A stretch of DNA of 64,000 nt from Balanoglossus misakiensis (lineage: Eukaryota > Animalia > Hemichordata): the NCBI GenBank assembly GCA_040954595.2, contig CM082577.2, positions 4,700,301-4,764,300 of the forward strand, read 5' to 3'. The notes under the pieces are model-generated. The model did no database searches. It was not told the DNA's origin and was given only the letters and a program-made list of their open reading frames with translations. The translations under genes and the position numbers were made by a program. Shown piece by piece: positions 49,701 to 60,900 of the stretch (position 1 is the stretch's first letter; every line of letters starts with the position of its first letter).

Positions 49701-52700
49701 ATGAGACAATGTGCATTCAAATTCCGAGTTTCAACCCCTCCCATATTCCTATGTGGTGTGAACATCAACCACTAGAGGGCGCTATTGAATAGGTAGCCCG
49801 AATGTTTTGCAAGCGCATAAAAACAAAACTTTTAAGAAACTTACAAGAAATAAGAAACTTATAAGAAACTTATTTCTTATAAGTTTCTTATTTCTTATAA
49901 GTTGCACTTTGACCAGAAGTGGTGTATTCATCTCAACTTTCCGTTTTCTGCAGACTGAGAATATATAAATCTGAACCAACATATCTGTTTCTCCACATTC
50001 TGATATTAAAATAAGAGTACAACTGAAGAAGGATAATCTAAAACTAAGGATATTATAACCTAGTTGGTCATACATGTAACATGCATATGAAAAGACTTCT
50101 AGAAATAATGATTAAAAGTAGACCATGTTTTTGCCGGCCTAGACACTTGCTATTAGAACCACAACTGATATGTAATTACTGTTCTTGTTTTTCTTTAACA
50201 GAATTGGTTATGATGAGTTGTCCAATGCAGTGAGGGAAAGATACTGTGCAGATGAAGAAATATACAAGTCGTACGTTGATGTGCTGGCTACTTACTTTGA
50301 AAAGAAACTTAAGGTTAGTCTCTATAATATTAAGGCATTCATCAGGTCAATTCATCAACTGTTCAAATATTTTGTTTGCTGAAGAGCGGGCAAGGTGTCA
50401 GAAAGAAGGTGAAGAGTAATAAAGCCATTATATCTCTTTACATTTTCTTCCTTTTATTTCAGGAACTTGGATCTGACTATAGAACTAAAATCCCTGAGAG
50501 AATCATTGATGAGTTACCCTGGTTACTTCAGAAGTTTGGTAACCACGACAGGTTGCAGAATTGTCTGGTCCATCTGGGTTTATTTCAGGCCCTCTTTACG
50601 TGAGTACTAGTGTGACCATAAACAACTATGATGTTAGAGATTTACTCAGGCTTTTTCTATCTATAAATTGCTCTGTGGCCTGCAACTGTCCTGGTCCATA
50701 TGAATGAGACATATCTGTCTACATGCAGTCTTTTGTGAAATTATATACCTATTTTAAACCTTCAAGTTGTTGTCAACAGAAATTGTGTTCATATAGAAAG
50801 GTAACCAGTGGTTATTTTATCATGTACAAGTCTGTGGTTTAATACTGTCAGATATTTTTATCAGAATTCGAGGTCATCTCTCTCTCTCTCTCTATCTCTT
50901 TGAATTCACAGTGACAAGAACAAATATGACTTGTTCAATTACTGGAACACCATGCAGCTTTCAGGGGATGAAATACTATCTCTGTACACCAAAGCCTTGA
51001 ACGGACAAGTGGCCAATCTCTACTTGATGGAACTGGAAATATCCGGCGATGAAAAGATGCAGCCTCCAGCTAAACAAGTTAGTGATTAGATCATTGTTGT
51101 TGTGTTTTAATCTGGACAATACATGTATGTAAGAGGAAAATATCTTTTTTTCTGTATTTTGTTTAATTTTACAGATTTTGTCGGTTACTGCCAAGTTGGG
51201 AGATTTTCTAAATGACGCTGGACACGTGAAGCAAGCTGTGCCAATGCTTCAGCGATGCAGGAGAATGTTCGTAAGTTGTCTGTTCACAACCATAGAAAAA
51301 AATGTGAATGAGGGTAGACAGGTCCATTGCAATAATTTGTTTAATAGTGTACCAATTTAAATTGTCTTCTAAGTTAATTGTTCAAGTGCAGCACATTATA
51401 AAGAGCTGGACAAATGCCAACAAGACTGTGCTAGCTATACCATCCATATAGCCTTGTTTATGTAAATCTTTATGCACCTGTGTCATTATGAAAACTGTTT
51501 CAGATCAGTAAGAGTAAATTACTAAATGAATCGCTCCATTCTGTAGGAATGTTCGTACGACCAGGATGATGTTGAAGGCAACCCCAAAGTGGCTGAGGGT
51601 TACTGCAATGTCTTGAACAAATTAGCTTGTCTGTACGTCGATCTGGAGAAGTTCGCAGAAGCTGAACCGCTGCACAAGGAAGTTCTGAGAGTCAAGCAGA
51701 AAATGTAAGATATTTTCAAAGTTGTGTTTCATTCCACAATACCAGCTAGGACACAATTAAGCCCTTTGTTGATTGACCCTCTGAAAATGGAAAGCCATAT
51801 GTCCATAAAATATGTATCATGTCCACCATGATACCTTTAAACACAAGTTTCAGCATAACAAACTTCATTAGATCCAAAATTCCATGAACAAATTTCAAAA
51901 TTACTGGTGTTGTTATGGCATATCTTTCCTTTCTTAATGTAGGTTTCCAGAAGAAAAATCTTATATTGCCACAACAATGAATGGTCTTGCCGTACTCTAC
52001 CACTACATGAGAAGATATGATGAGGTAATTTAATTTTTTGTTATAAACATAAATATGTTGACAGGTTGCATCTCACAGAAGGGACTTTATTGTTTTAATC
52101 TCTAGCTTTCCTGTTTCAGTAATAAAGGGTACGTACGATATATGGCACGTAACAGTACTTTTAGTCATTTCAAAAGTATAATCTATACTCCCTGTCATCC
52201 CAGTTCCATCCTTAGAGGTCCAACCTCACCATAGAAAACAATAGGTCTGAACTGAACCATGGTGGTGAAAATGTAAAAGTGTTGTATTAATTGTATTACT
52301 TCCAAGCTTGACCAACACATGGTAAAGATGCGATCAAAACAACAAACTATCTTGTGTATAAATTGCACCTTACACAGGCAGAGGAATACTATCAGAAAGC
52401 TCTCGAACTACACAGAGCTGGTCAGGAAGAAAATAACGCACTCATTGGGGACACTCTTAACAACATTGGAGGTGTACGACTGGACAGTGGACGCAATTTG
52501 GAGGGAGCTAAGGAGGTCATGGAAGAAGCCATGAAGGTATGGATGTCTAAAGTTACTGCATTTGCTACCTGTAGCTACATGTTTAACCCTTTCACCCCCA
52601 GTTCCCTCTTTAGAGGTCCAACCTCACCATAGAAAACAGTGGGTTTGGACTGATCCATGGTGGTGAAAGGCTTAATGAAAAAAAAAATTGTCTATAAACT

Positions 52701-55644
52701 GTATTATAGATTTTTTTTCCATTGTTACTCTCTCTAGATATATGAAGTTTGTTACTTTGGAAACCTGCCACTGGAAGTCACTGGAGGAATGAATAACCTT
52801 GCAATATTGTACAGACGACTTGGAGAGTTTGAAAAGGCAGAGGTCTTGTACAAGAAGTGAGTTGAAATTTTGAGAAGCAAAAAGCAAGTTTAGCATGTTC
52901 CCTTACGCTAGCAGTGACTCGCTAACGTGTAGACATGGCATAACTTTATCTCTGAGCATTTAATAATAAAACAGCAAATTACGAGATATTTTTTGCTAAA
53001 CTGTCATTTTCCTTTCCATTACCAGAGCATATGATGCCACAATTAATGCTGTCGGAGAAAGACATCCGGACGTGGGAGAAAAATTAATGAACTGGGGAGT
53101 CTTTGAGATGGGAAGAGAGAATTACGATGATTCTCTGGAAAAGTACAAGCGGGCTTTGGAAATCTACAAGGTATTACTGTATTTGTCGGGACACTATGCG
53201 ACTTCTTTTTATATTTGGCAAGAGAATTAAAGTATTATGGGTGACATGGCATTCTCATTTCATGTTTTTATGTGCTTTCATATCATCACTGTATAAGTCA
53301 AACCTGTGTACTCCGTCATAAATTGCTGAGAGGAAAACCATAGTGTTTATCTTGAATATTGTCCTCTTTGCAGGAAACACTGGGCGAAGATCACATCAGA
53401 TCTTTGTTCCTCATGGAAAACATTGCGCTGGGCTATATCTATCAGGGCAAGCACGCAGAGGCCCATCCCTACTTCAAAGAGGCAGGTAAGTGGACGGATT
53501 AACTTTTTTTCATTCCCAGTGGATGGATGGGCACAAGGAAACTTATGGATTGGACTCCATCTGTCTGTACACGGATTTCTCCCTGCCCGGATAGGTACAG
53601 GGACAAATGCACTTTGAAGTTATACATTTGAAGTCAGAACACAAATAGCAGTGTCATTGTGTTCAAAATCTGCAGAGAGCTCTCCAACACTGACCAGAGA
53701 AAGCTAAGAATTTCCGCATTCAAATTTTGGCCAGACACAGACTCCAACACCATGTCCACTTCATACTAGGACCAAAGTCTGACAAAGCATGTTCACATTG
53801 ATACTTTTGAGCTAATTTCTGAACCTGATTGGAACTGTCAACTCAGATATTGCATACCAGCTAGTGCATACAAAAATGATTAAAGGCTGTAGGTTTATTG
53901 CTGTTGGACAGTGTGCTAAGGCTGTGAACATAATGTTACACTAAAGAACTTGTCACTTAAATATGATTGATACATTTCATCCCAGAATTAACAAATGTCA
54001 ACTTTTTAACTCTAATCTTTGCATTGTTGTATTTTGTTCAGGCGAAAAGCTCTATATACAAGGCAGACTGAACGCATCTGTACCAAAACTCAATTTCTCC
54101 ATGATGGACTACTATCTGCACAGTGATGAGACGGAGGCCTACAGATTTCTGGAGCGGGCTGTGACAGCAGAGTGGGCTGCCGACAATATCTTTGCTGCGC
54201 TGGATTATTTCGACCAGCAGCTGCCAGAGAATGAGAGACCTGATCGACCATATGAACATACTGTTGATTATGCATTAACTAAGTAAGGACGCCTATTCGT
54301 TAATACCAATCACATGATCTGAAATATGTAAATGATGTTACTACGTTAAGAGCTTGGTGGGCAAGTTACTGTCTCTGTTACATATTTCATGAATTTTTAG
54401 CCATTTTTGCAATCAACTCTGATTTATTTTTATTTTTTGTTGCTGCAGATTCCCAAAAAGTAAGTTTTTGCTGATGCGAAAAACTGAAGAGTACAGCAAA
54501 AGTGGTGAATCTGAGAAAATGTGTCAACTTCTGCGCAATGGAGAATTTGGGCCACCGGAATATACGTCGTCATATTCATCATTTGTCCAGAATGGCCACC
54601 GGAAAGAAGGAGTGGATATTCTCAATCAAGGAAAAGAGAAGTTTCCAGATGATGTTGTGAGTGCTGGTATATGGTATTTTGTGTATAGAGAATACTTTTT
54701 GTGGTGAAATTCAAAGGCCAAACAGATTGAATGTGCGAGTTCAAAGTGTGCTGCATGCGTATAGTGTTACCGGTAGGTTCACTTTTGTTAGCTTAGCTTA
54801 TTTCACACACAGTTGAAAAGACACACGACAGTGTTGGACTGCATGCATCCTGTTCGACATTATCCTTGAAGAACATGAAATTTTGAACCCTTTCACCCCC
54901 ATTTCCCTTTAAAGAGGTCCAACTTAGCCACAGAAAACAATGCATTTGGGCCAAACCATGGTGGTGAAGGGGTTAACATACCATTGCACTCTTTGATCCA
55001 TTCGCAGGAAATCGGTTACAATATCGGCATGTACTTTGGCTTCTACAAGGAATACGACAAAGCTGTGGAGAATTTCACCAGAGTGTTGGAGATCGACCCC
55101 AATGATGTGGACACTGTGTTCGCTCTGAGCAAGGTGCTCCTCTTGAGCGGGCAGATGGAGAAGGCCAAGGAACAGCTGGAGAAAGTGATGGAAATGGCAA
55201 AAGAAAGGAATGATGCAGACAAGATGGAACAGGTAGGTGTGTCAGATGGTACATGTATTTGTAATCAACCGGACTTCTGGTCCAACCTAAAAGCACACTA
55301 CACTGTCAACATTATGATTTGACAGAAGTCTCCAAACAGGGTTATATCTTGCATAACACTATATACTCTAGGATGACACTATTTCACAATGTTGACTGTC
55401 TTTGCTCTAGGCCTCGCACATTTTGGAACAAATCGACCTGGACAACCTGAACACATGGGGATCAACCCCTGCCAAGGAAGATAACGGGCAAGCCGGCGCG
55501 TCTGAGAGTCCGGAAGAGCAGGAGGAAGAGACTGGGGAGGAAAACCAGGAGACGAGAGAGGAGGATAGGGAAAGCATGCTCTCACAGGAAGAAATGGACA
55601 CTGCGAACATGAATGATTTCGATGAGAGCGAGAGGAAAGGTTAA
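34766..55644 (+). CDS. DUF4062-NACHT(P-loop)-TPR protein (nephrocystin-3/TEP1-like STAND NTPase)
   Basis: Firm from exon 36166-36420 ([24 protein letters not shown]) and RYGW. Walker A LITGTSG|IGKT (37775/38006), Walker [31 protein letters not shown]. Kinesin-light-chain-type TPRs ([25 protein letters not shown]) and an acidic tail ending at 55644. About 25 exons, with a ~9-kb intron at 41246-50201. The start is tentative: ATG GCA ACG|GTGAGT at 34766; alternative ATG at 35129. Confidence 0.85.
38257..38320. repeat. (GATG)n microsatellite
   Basis: Direct reading. Confidence 0.85.
39005..39165. mobile_element. Partial copy of the Tc1/pogo-like MITE at 8817-8962
   Basis: Shared CAGTAAAGCCTGTCTA..., ACCTGTCTATACxGAACACATTT and AAAAGAACCTCTxTAAACxxGACACCTCTG. 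Confidence 0.6.
45638..45779. repeat. Minisatellite, 4 x ~35 bp
   Basis: TGCTACAATGTACATCATTGGTTGTTACTTTGTA(T) at 45638, 45673, 45708 and 45745, with no spacers. Confidence 0.93.
46067..46080 (+). promoter_or_regulatory. CTCF core motif
   Basis: CCACTAGGGGGCAC matches the CCASYAGRKGGCRS consensus. Confidence 0.5.
47592..48461 (-). CDS. ELOVL6: Very-long-chain fatty acid elongase, ELOVL6/ELOVL3-like, intronless, nested antisense in an intron of the NACHT-TPR gene
   Basis: 289-aa uninterrupted ORF with [23 protein letters not shown] histidine box, [30 protein letters not shown] and a C-terminal KKEE ER-retrieval signal. Orthologue versus paralogue is not resolved. Confidence 0.93.
   Translation of the reverse strand: MNRDNIHWFPLELETSFDYDATHRWFQESWTDSFIYSIIYLVLIFAGRKAMHHRHKFDLRMTLALWSASLTIFSVLGAFRCLTEFIDTYSNHGLQRTMCDKSYLRGVSGFWCWAFAVSKVVELGDTMFIVLRKQKLMLLHWYHHVSVLIYVFYSSRDGLPHGRYFAVMNYLVHSVMYGYYALKASRLVTIPSYVNIIITSMQLLQMVVGLLVNYYVLAQVEPGPDCPVYYHNINWSFAMYFSYFVLFSHYFYTTYVSKGNKKARVASVDTDQKIKKDIVSNGVLTKKEE
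48600..48640 (-). promoter_or_regulatory. ELOVL proximal promoter: TATA box and nuclear-receptor direct-repeat-like element
   Basis: The minus strand reads AGGTCAAAGGGTGA (~48639-48626), then ATAAAATATATAGG (~48612-48599), about 140 bp before the ATG. Confidence 0.45.
49769..49784 (+). promoter_or_regulatory. CTCF core motif
   Basis: CCACTAGAGGGCGCTA is a close match to the consensus. Confidence 0.55.
49838..49903. repeat. AT-rich inverted repeat: 31-bp arms (1 mismatch), 4-nt loop
   Basis: AACTTACAAGAAATAAGAAACTTATAAGAAA-CTTA-TTTCTTATAAGTTTCTTATTTCTTATAAGTT. Confidence 0.9.
52190..52270. mobile_element. piggyBac-like MITE, degenerate copy
   Basis: TTAGAGGTCCAACCTCACCATAGAAAACA is identical to the 52587 copy. 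The ends are eroded. Confidence 0.65.
52587..52671. mobile_element. 85-bp piggyBac-like MITE
   Basis: TTAA|CCCTTTCACC...GGTGAAAGGC|TTAA, i.e. TIRs starting with CCC plus a TTAA target-site duplication. Confidence 0.78.
54888..54972. mobile_element. 85-bp piggyBac-like MITE
   Basis: TGAA|CCCTTTCACC...GGTGAAGGGG|TTAA. Same length and body as 52587-52671. Confidence 0.75.
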
Positions 55645-57935
55645 CTACGAACAGATGGAATTGGGGAACAGTAATATCATCGAGAAAAAATCAGAAAGTT
55701 GAACAGGGTATGAGTGAATAGCGAAAAAATAATGAAAATCAGAGTTGAAAAGTTGAGAACAATTGAAAATAGTTCTGCATGACAAATACATATCCTTCAT
55801 AACTTGCATTATGAATATTTTCATAAACTATATCACAAATATCTTCTAAGAATCATAGATAATAGTAATAAATTGAGAATCTTTATGCTTCACCATGATA
55901 TATTTAAAATGTATATACCAGTACTATCACATTTCATTTGTATAACTTGTACAGGATTATACTATAGAATATTTGTACATACATTTAGGATAAGTGTTTT
56001 ATTGTAAATAATGTACATAGTAAATATTATTTGTAAAGATTTTAGTTGTTTTATCTCAGAGTAAAATATAGTTTTGTAAAAAAATTCAGTAATGAGAAAC
56101 AAAACAGTAAGGTAATTTAAAACAACAATTTTATGATTGATTAGTTAAATATGTTAAGAGAGACACATTTTTTACATAATGTGTTACTAGTCTGTCAAAA
56201 ACGTCTCTAGATTTTACTAAATTATATTTCAGAATATTTGTCAACTTTCTTGCCAAATCATTCTAATCACAGAAATATCATGACAATCAAAGTACTTTCA
56301 TCTGGGAATTAGACAATCAAACGGAAATAATTTTGTATAAAAACGACAATCAGAGAAGAGTATTTCAGTTTCAAAGGCTCATATTATTAATTTTTACAGT
56401 AGTATATTTTGAATTCAGCTCCCCTTATAACAATACAATCAAGTATGCAGATTTGTGTATCAGGAGGTCATTAGTCTTCCAAATTACGAATAAATTTATT
56501 CTAATTTGAATATTAGAAACTACTGTGATTTCTGATTGGTTGAAAAAAATAAGCAGGTGTTTGCAGAGTTTCGTTTGGAGCATGCTTACTTCATTTTATT
56601 CGAGAAATTGCGCAAGGTTCATCGTTATGGGGTCGTTGAACGTGCTTCGGTATGACCGGAACTCTCATTGACACGATTAACTGGGAATTTAACCATGTTA
56701 ACAGAAGAAGTTTCGTTTTCTTGACACCTTGTCGGATTAACATCGAGCCTACCACGAAGTGATGGTGACGTTAAAAAGGTATGTCCACTTTATATGGTGT
56801 CATAAAACAACTTATGATAACAGTGTATATGGTTAACTCTAGACAGTATGTCGTAGTCTTGAGGATGAATTTATTAATTTTTGCTCTACGAAATGTATAC
56901 GCACGTAAATTGGAGTTCGGCGCACAACTTACAAGGCGCGTCCGAGCGCAGTGGGCGCGTCAGATAAAACTACTCGTACGCGAAGAATTCTGGGCGGCTT
57001 TCATTTAAACATAATAAAGATGCGATCTTTCTTTGAATTCATCTTCACCGGCCAATGGCTTTATTCGGTCCGGGACTCTTCTTCAGATCGTCACGGTCCA
57101 GGTGAAACTAGCCAAGCCGTGCGGACCGCGGAGATAGGGGGATCAGTCAGTGGGGCTGGGTACCAGAGAGAAGAGAACGCGGTTGCTGCGTCGTTTCACT
57201 CAACGCGGAGTATTCGCTTCATATCATGCTGTTTATTTCATACAATATGACAGCGCAATCCCACGACAACTTTCATAGTTGAAAGACCAGTCAGCATTTA
57301 AATACTTATATCTTTCGCCAAGAACCAGCAGTCTTTCACTCCTCCTCAAACTCTGTTTATTCTAATGCATGCGAACATGTACAAACTCAATCAAAACTGC
57401 ACAGCCTAGTACAATTCTCTCTGAAAAACACATAAATGGAAACTTGCATGTAATAATTACAATAATGATTATGACAATAATAGTAATAATATCATTTATT
57501 CAATATAAATAAAGCTTACATCACTTATAAGGAAATTGTGCTGAAAAGTAGTTGTTTAATCCGTCTGCTCTATTTTCCAAAACCGTAAATGCCCAAAATA
57601 CATTAAAAACAGTTTAATTGGGATTTCTGTGCCAGAATGTAAACAGTGAAGTTGTGGTACAATAAAACTTAATGTAGATTGATTTTATAAATCGCTTCGA
57701 GGGCGAAATACATGCAGTTTTAATATATTCGATGTACAAGGTACATCTACATTGAGAGGTTTCTCTTGGTCATAAACCGCTTACGCTCGAGCCCAATCTG
57801 ATTAAAATCAGATGTAGGGAGCGGCGACGTGTTTTTTTATGCTGTCGCCTACACTATTCACGCAAATAAGCCAGCTTCTACTGTCTATGAGTACAGCATC
57901 TCTCTGTGTGCCTTCAGTGGGTCGGCCTGCATCCA

Positions 57936-60900
57936 CTACAAAAAGAAACCTTCGTCATTATCGCTCTCCGACATCGCCTCGAAAACGATTTCATCACTGA
58001 AGTCTTCAATGTCGCTGTTCTTCGCCATGTAATCTCCAAACGATGTCGTCGAGGTGCTCTCGCAGAAGGCGCTCTCTTCTGTCGAGTAGTTGTTGCTTCT
58101 CCTGTGTTTCGCCAGAATGTCCTACATAAATATCAAAGCGAGGTGTATATTTAATATTGAGATTGACATGCGCAGGTAGTACAGGTCAAGGCAAGCTGAA
58201 AGTAATATCTCGATGTAATGAGCTGTCACGCTTCAATCTTATCTGACAGGCGGTAGATGTGTGACGTCTGTAAGTAATTGATATATAAATCGCACAGGGT
58301 TAACTTTCTGGAAGCATTTGGGGATATCGGTAGCATAAATATCGCTGGTTTTACGTCCTCCTGGCGCCTGTGCTGTGTTGATCGGTTCTAGTTTTACGCG
58401 TGTGAATAATACCATGACAAATATCATACTTATAATATCGCGAAGAAAACAACATGTTACTTTGATATCGCGCGTTTCACACAAAATCCATTCCAATCTG
58501 GGTAATGCATTTGACAGAAAATCAAATTGACAAAGTGACGCATTCATTTCTACATATTCAATCTCAATTTGTAAATGTCACTTTATATATTTTAGGAATA
58601 ATTTTAGGAATACTTTTCCAAATCGAAACTTCTGTAACATAAGATTAAGTGACGGATAGTTCCGTTTCTCCTTATTTCTTTCAAGAACTATCGACTTCGC
58701 ATACAAATCAATCAGATTTTGAGAAGTTTGGAGAAAATCACCCTTTATTTGTTTCATGACACGTCGACGTTGGTAATGCAAAGTTACTGTACTGTTTTTT
58801 AGTATCGTGAGTCCCAAAATGAACGCTCAACAACCTACCGAATTATCTCGTTTCTTGAGAAGCGATACTTGAGTATCGATTGTCCCGACGTTCGGTAGAA
58901 GTGGCACATCTTCGGGACTGCGCGGAACAACAGTTTCGGGTTCGTTGATGTAGTCCGCAAACCGACTCAGCAGCTGGTCGAACTCTTGAAACAGGTCACA
59001 GAACGTCGGTCTGTCATCTGGGTTTTCCAGCCAGCACCGTCTCATTATCGCGTACCTGTTCAGGCGGGACGGGCAAGAGTGATCGTTGTTGTACAGACTT
59101 CTCAACACATTTCTGTGGCCGATTTGCATAAAGATGGCGATGACGCCATAGCCACAATGCATTGTTGTCTTCAAAGTTTCAGACGGGCACTCACTGTCTA
59201 ATCTAACCGTTGAGATTCGCCCAACACTTTCGTCAATTCATCTCACAAACCAAACAGATGTAAATTGAATAACCAAATGTGGACTTACATGATCTCTGGA
59301 CAATCATCTGGTTTTGGCATCCTGTATCCTTCCTTCACTGCAGCCACCACTTTTGAGGCTGACATCCCCTGGTACGGGGTTTCCCCTTGGGTGGCAATCT
59401 CATACAAGACGACGCCAAAAGACCACCTAATGGGCAGATGGTTCAAAACATGCAGTTGTCAACCAGACAAGTCGGTCACGTTCAGGTGTATTAAGGTAGA
59501 ATGCGCCTCGAAAATCAAAGGCTTCAACATTTTCTCGTATTTTACTCAAGGCAGCTTTAGATTAGTTTCTCTTAAAATTGAGAATATAATTTTGGGGTCA
59601 CCGTGTTAAATTTTGAATGAGATAGCAAAATTGCTTCAAGGTGTCTCAAATTGAAATTCAAAATGGCCGCTATAAAACTCAGTGTCACAAGAGAATGTCC
59701 TCCCGTATAAACTGCCTAGTCACGCGAGATCTCGCAGGGTCTCGTGGAGTTCGGAAAATGGCCTATTATGAACACTTACACGTCACTCTGAATGGTGCAC
59801 AGCCCTTTTAGATTGGTTTCCAGGCTCACCCACTTGGCGGCCCTCATTCGGCTTGTCGGCAAAGCCGTCCAACCTTGCAGATACACGTCGTTGGCAAGTC
59901 CAAAGTCCGAAATTTTGACGAGGAGGTCTTCCCCTACCAGGACATTCCGGGCCGCTAAATCTCCGTGGACGTATTTATTCTGCGCTAAGAATTCCTACAG
60001 CAAACACAAAAAGACTCCCGAAAATCAGGAAAGTGTAAACAAGAAAAGCGATGATAAACAAAGACGTTCGATTTCTTTTAACATCCGTAAGTTGTCGTTC
60101 ATATCAAAAATGCTGTAGGCATATATATAGTCGTTGGTCAACTTACCATTCCACGAGCAATCTGTCTGGCGATCTGATAGTAACCGCTTTCCGCTAAGCT
60201 GTAAGCGGGGTCGTCGTTTTGATATCGCTTCTGAAATGTCAAGATGTACATTTTAATTGGGATTTTATCTACTACGTGAGTAAATTCAACACAGCAAACC
60301 ATTATCCTATTGTGTGTTACTGTTGTTGAAAACGACCCAAAACAACGTTTACTTAAAAAAACTGTTTGCAACCTGCCTACCTCCTTGGACCTCCACAGGA
60401 AATGCAACAAATCGCCATACTTCATGTATTCCGTGATTAAGAAATACGGCTCCTCCGTAGTGCAACATCCTAGGATTCCTAAGATGTTCGGGTGTCTGCC
60501 GATCTCTTGTAAAGTCGTGATTTCACGAAGAATTTCATCCTTCTGGGCGGCAGTCGCGTTGTCTGTGAAACAAATAAAACCACCAAAAACATGAATTAGA
60601 GGTGATTTGGTTTTTTTTGCTATTCTTCCCGAGATCTCCTCTGCCTAGCGTGGTAAAGGTCACCCTCCCTCTCCCCTCATTCGAGTTCGTCTGAGCGTCT
60701 CTTTAGTCTCTTTAGCAGCTCTGATAATCTATATATCATCTTAATGTTGAAAAGAACTATCAAGTGTACCTTTAAGCATCTTTACTGCAACTGTCACATT
60801 TTCTTTACTTTCACCGATACCGTCGGCTGTCGCTTTGTACACGATTCCAAAATTGCCCCTTCCAAGTTCGTTTTCAATGTGGAGACTGTGTCTGGGAAAT

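Noticed and set aside
57045-57095. Minus-strand CTGAAGA-AGAGTCCCGGACC-GAAT resembling a hammerhead ribozyme core
   Set aside because: GAAA is not intact and I could not form stems I and III with a cleavage triplet. At best it is a decayed remnant.
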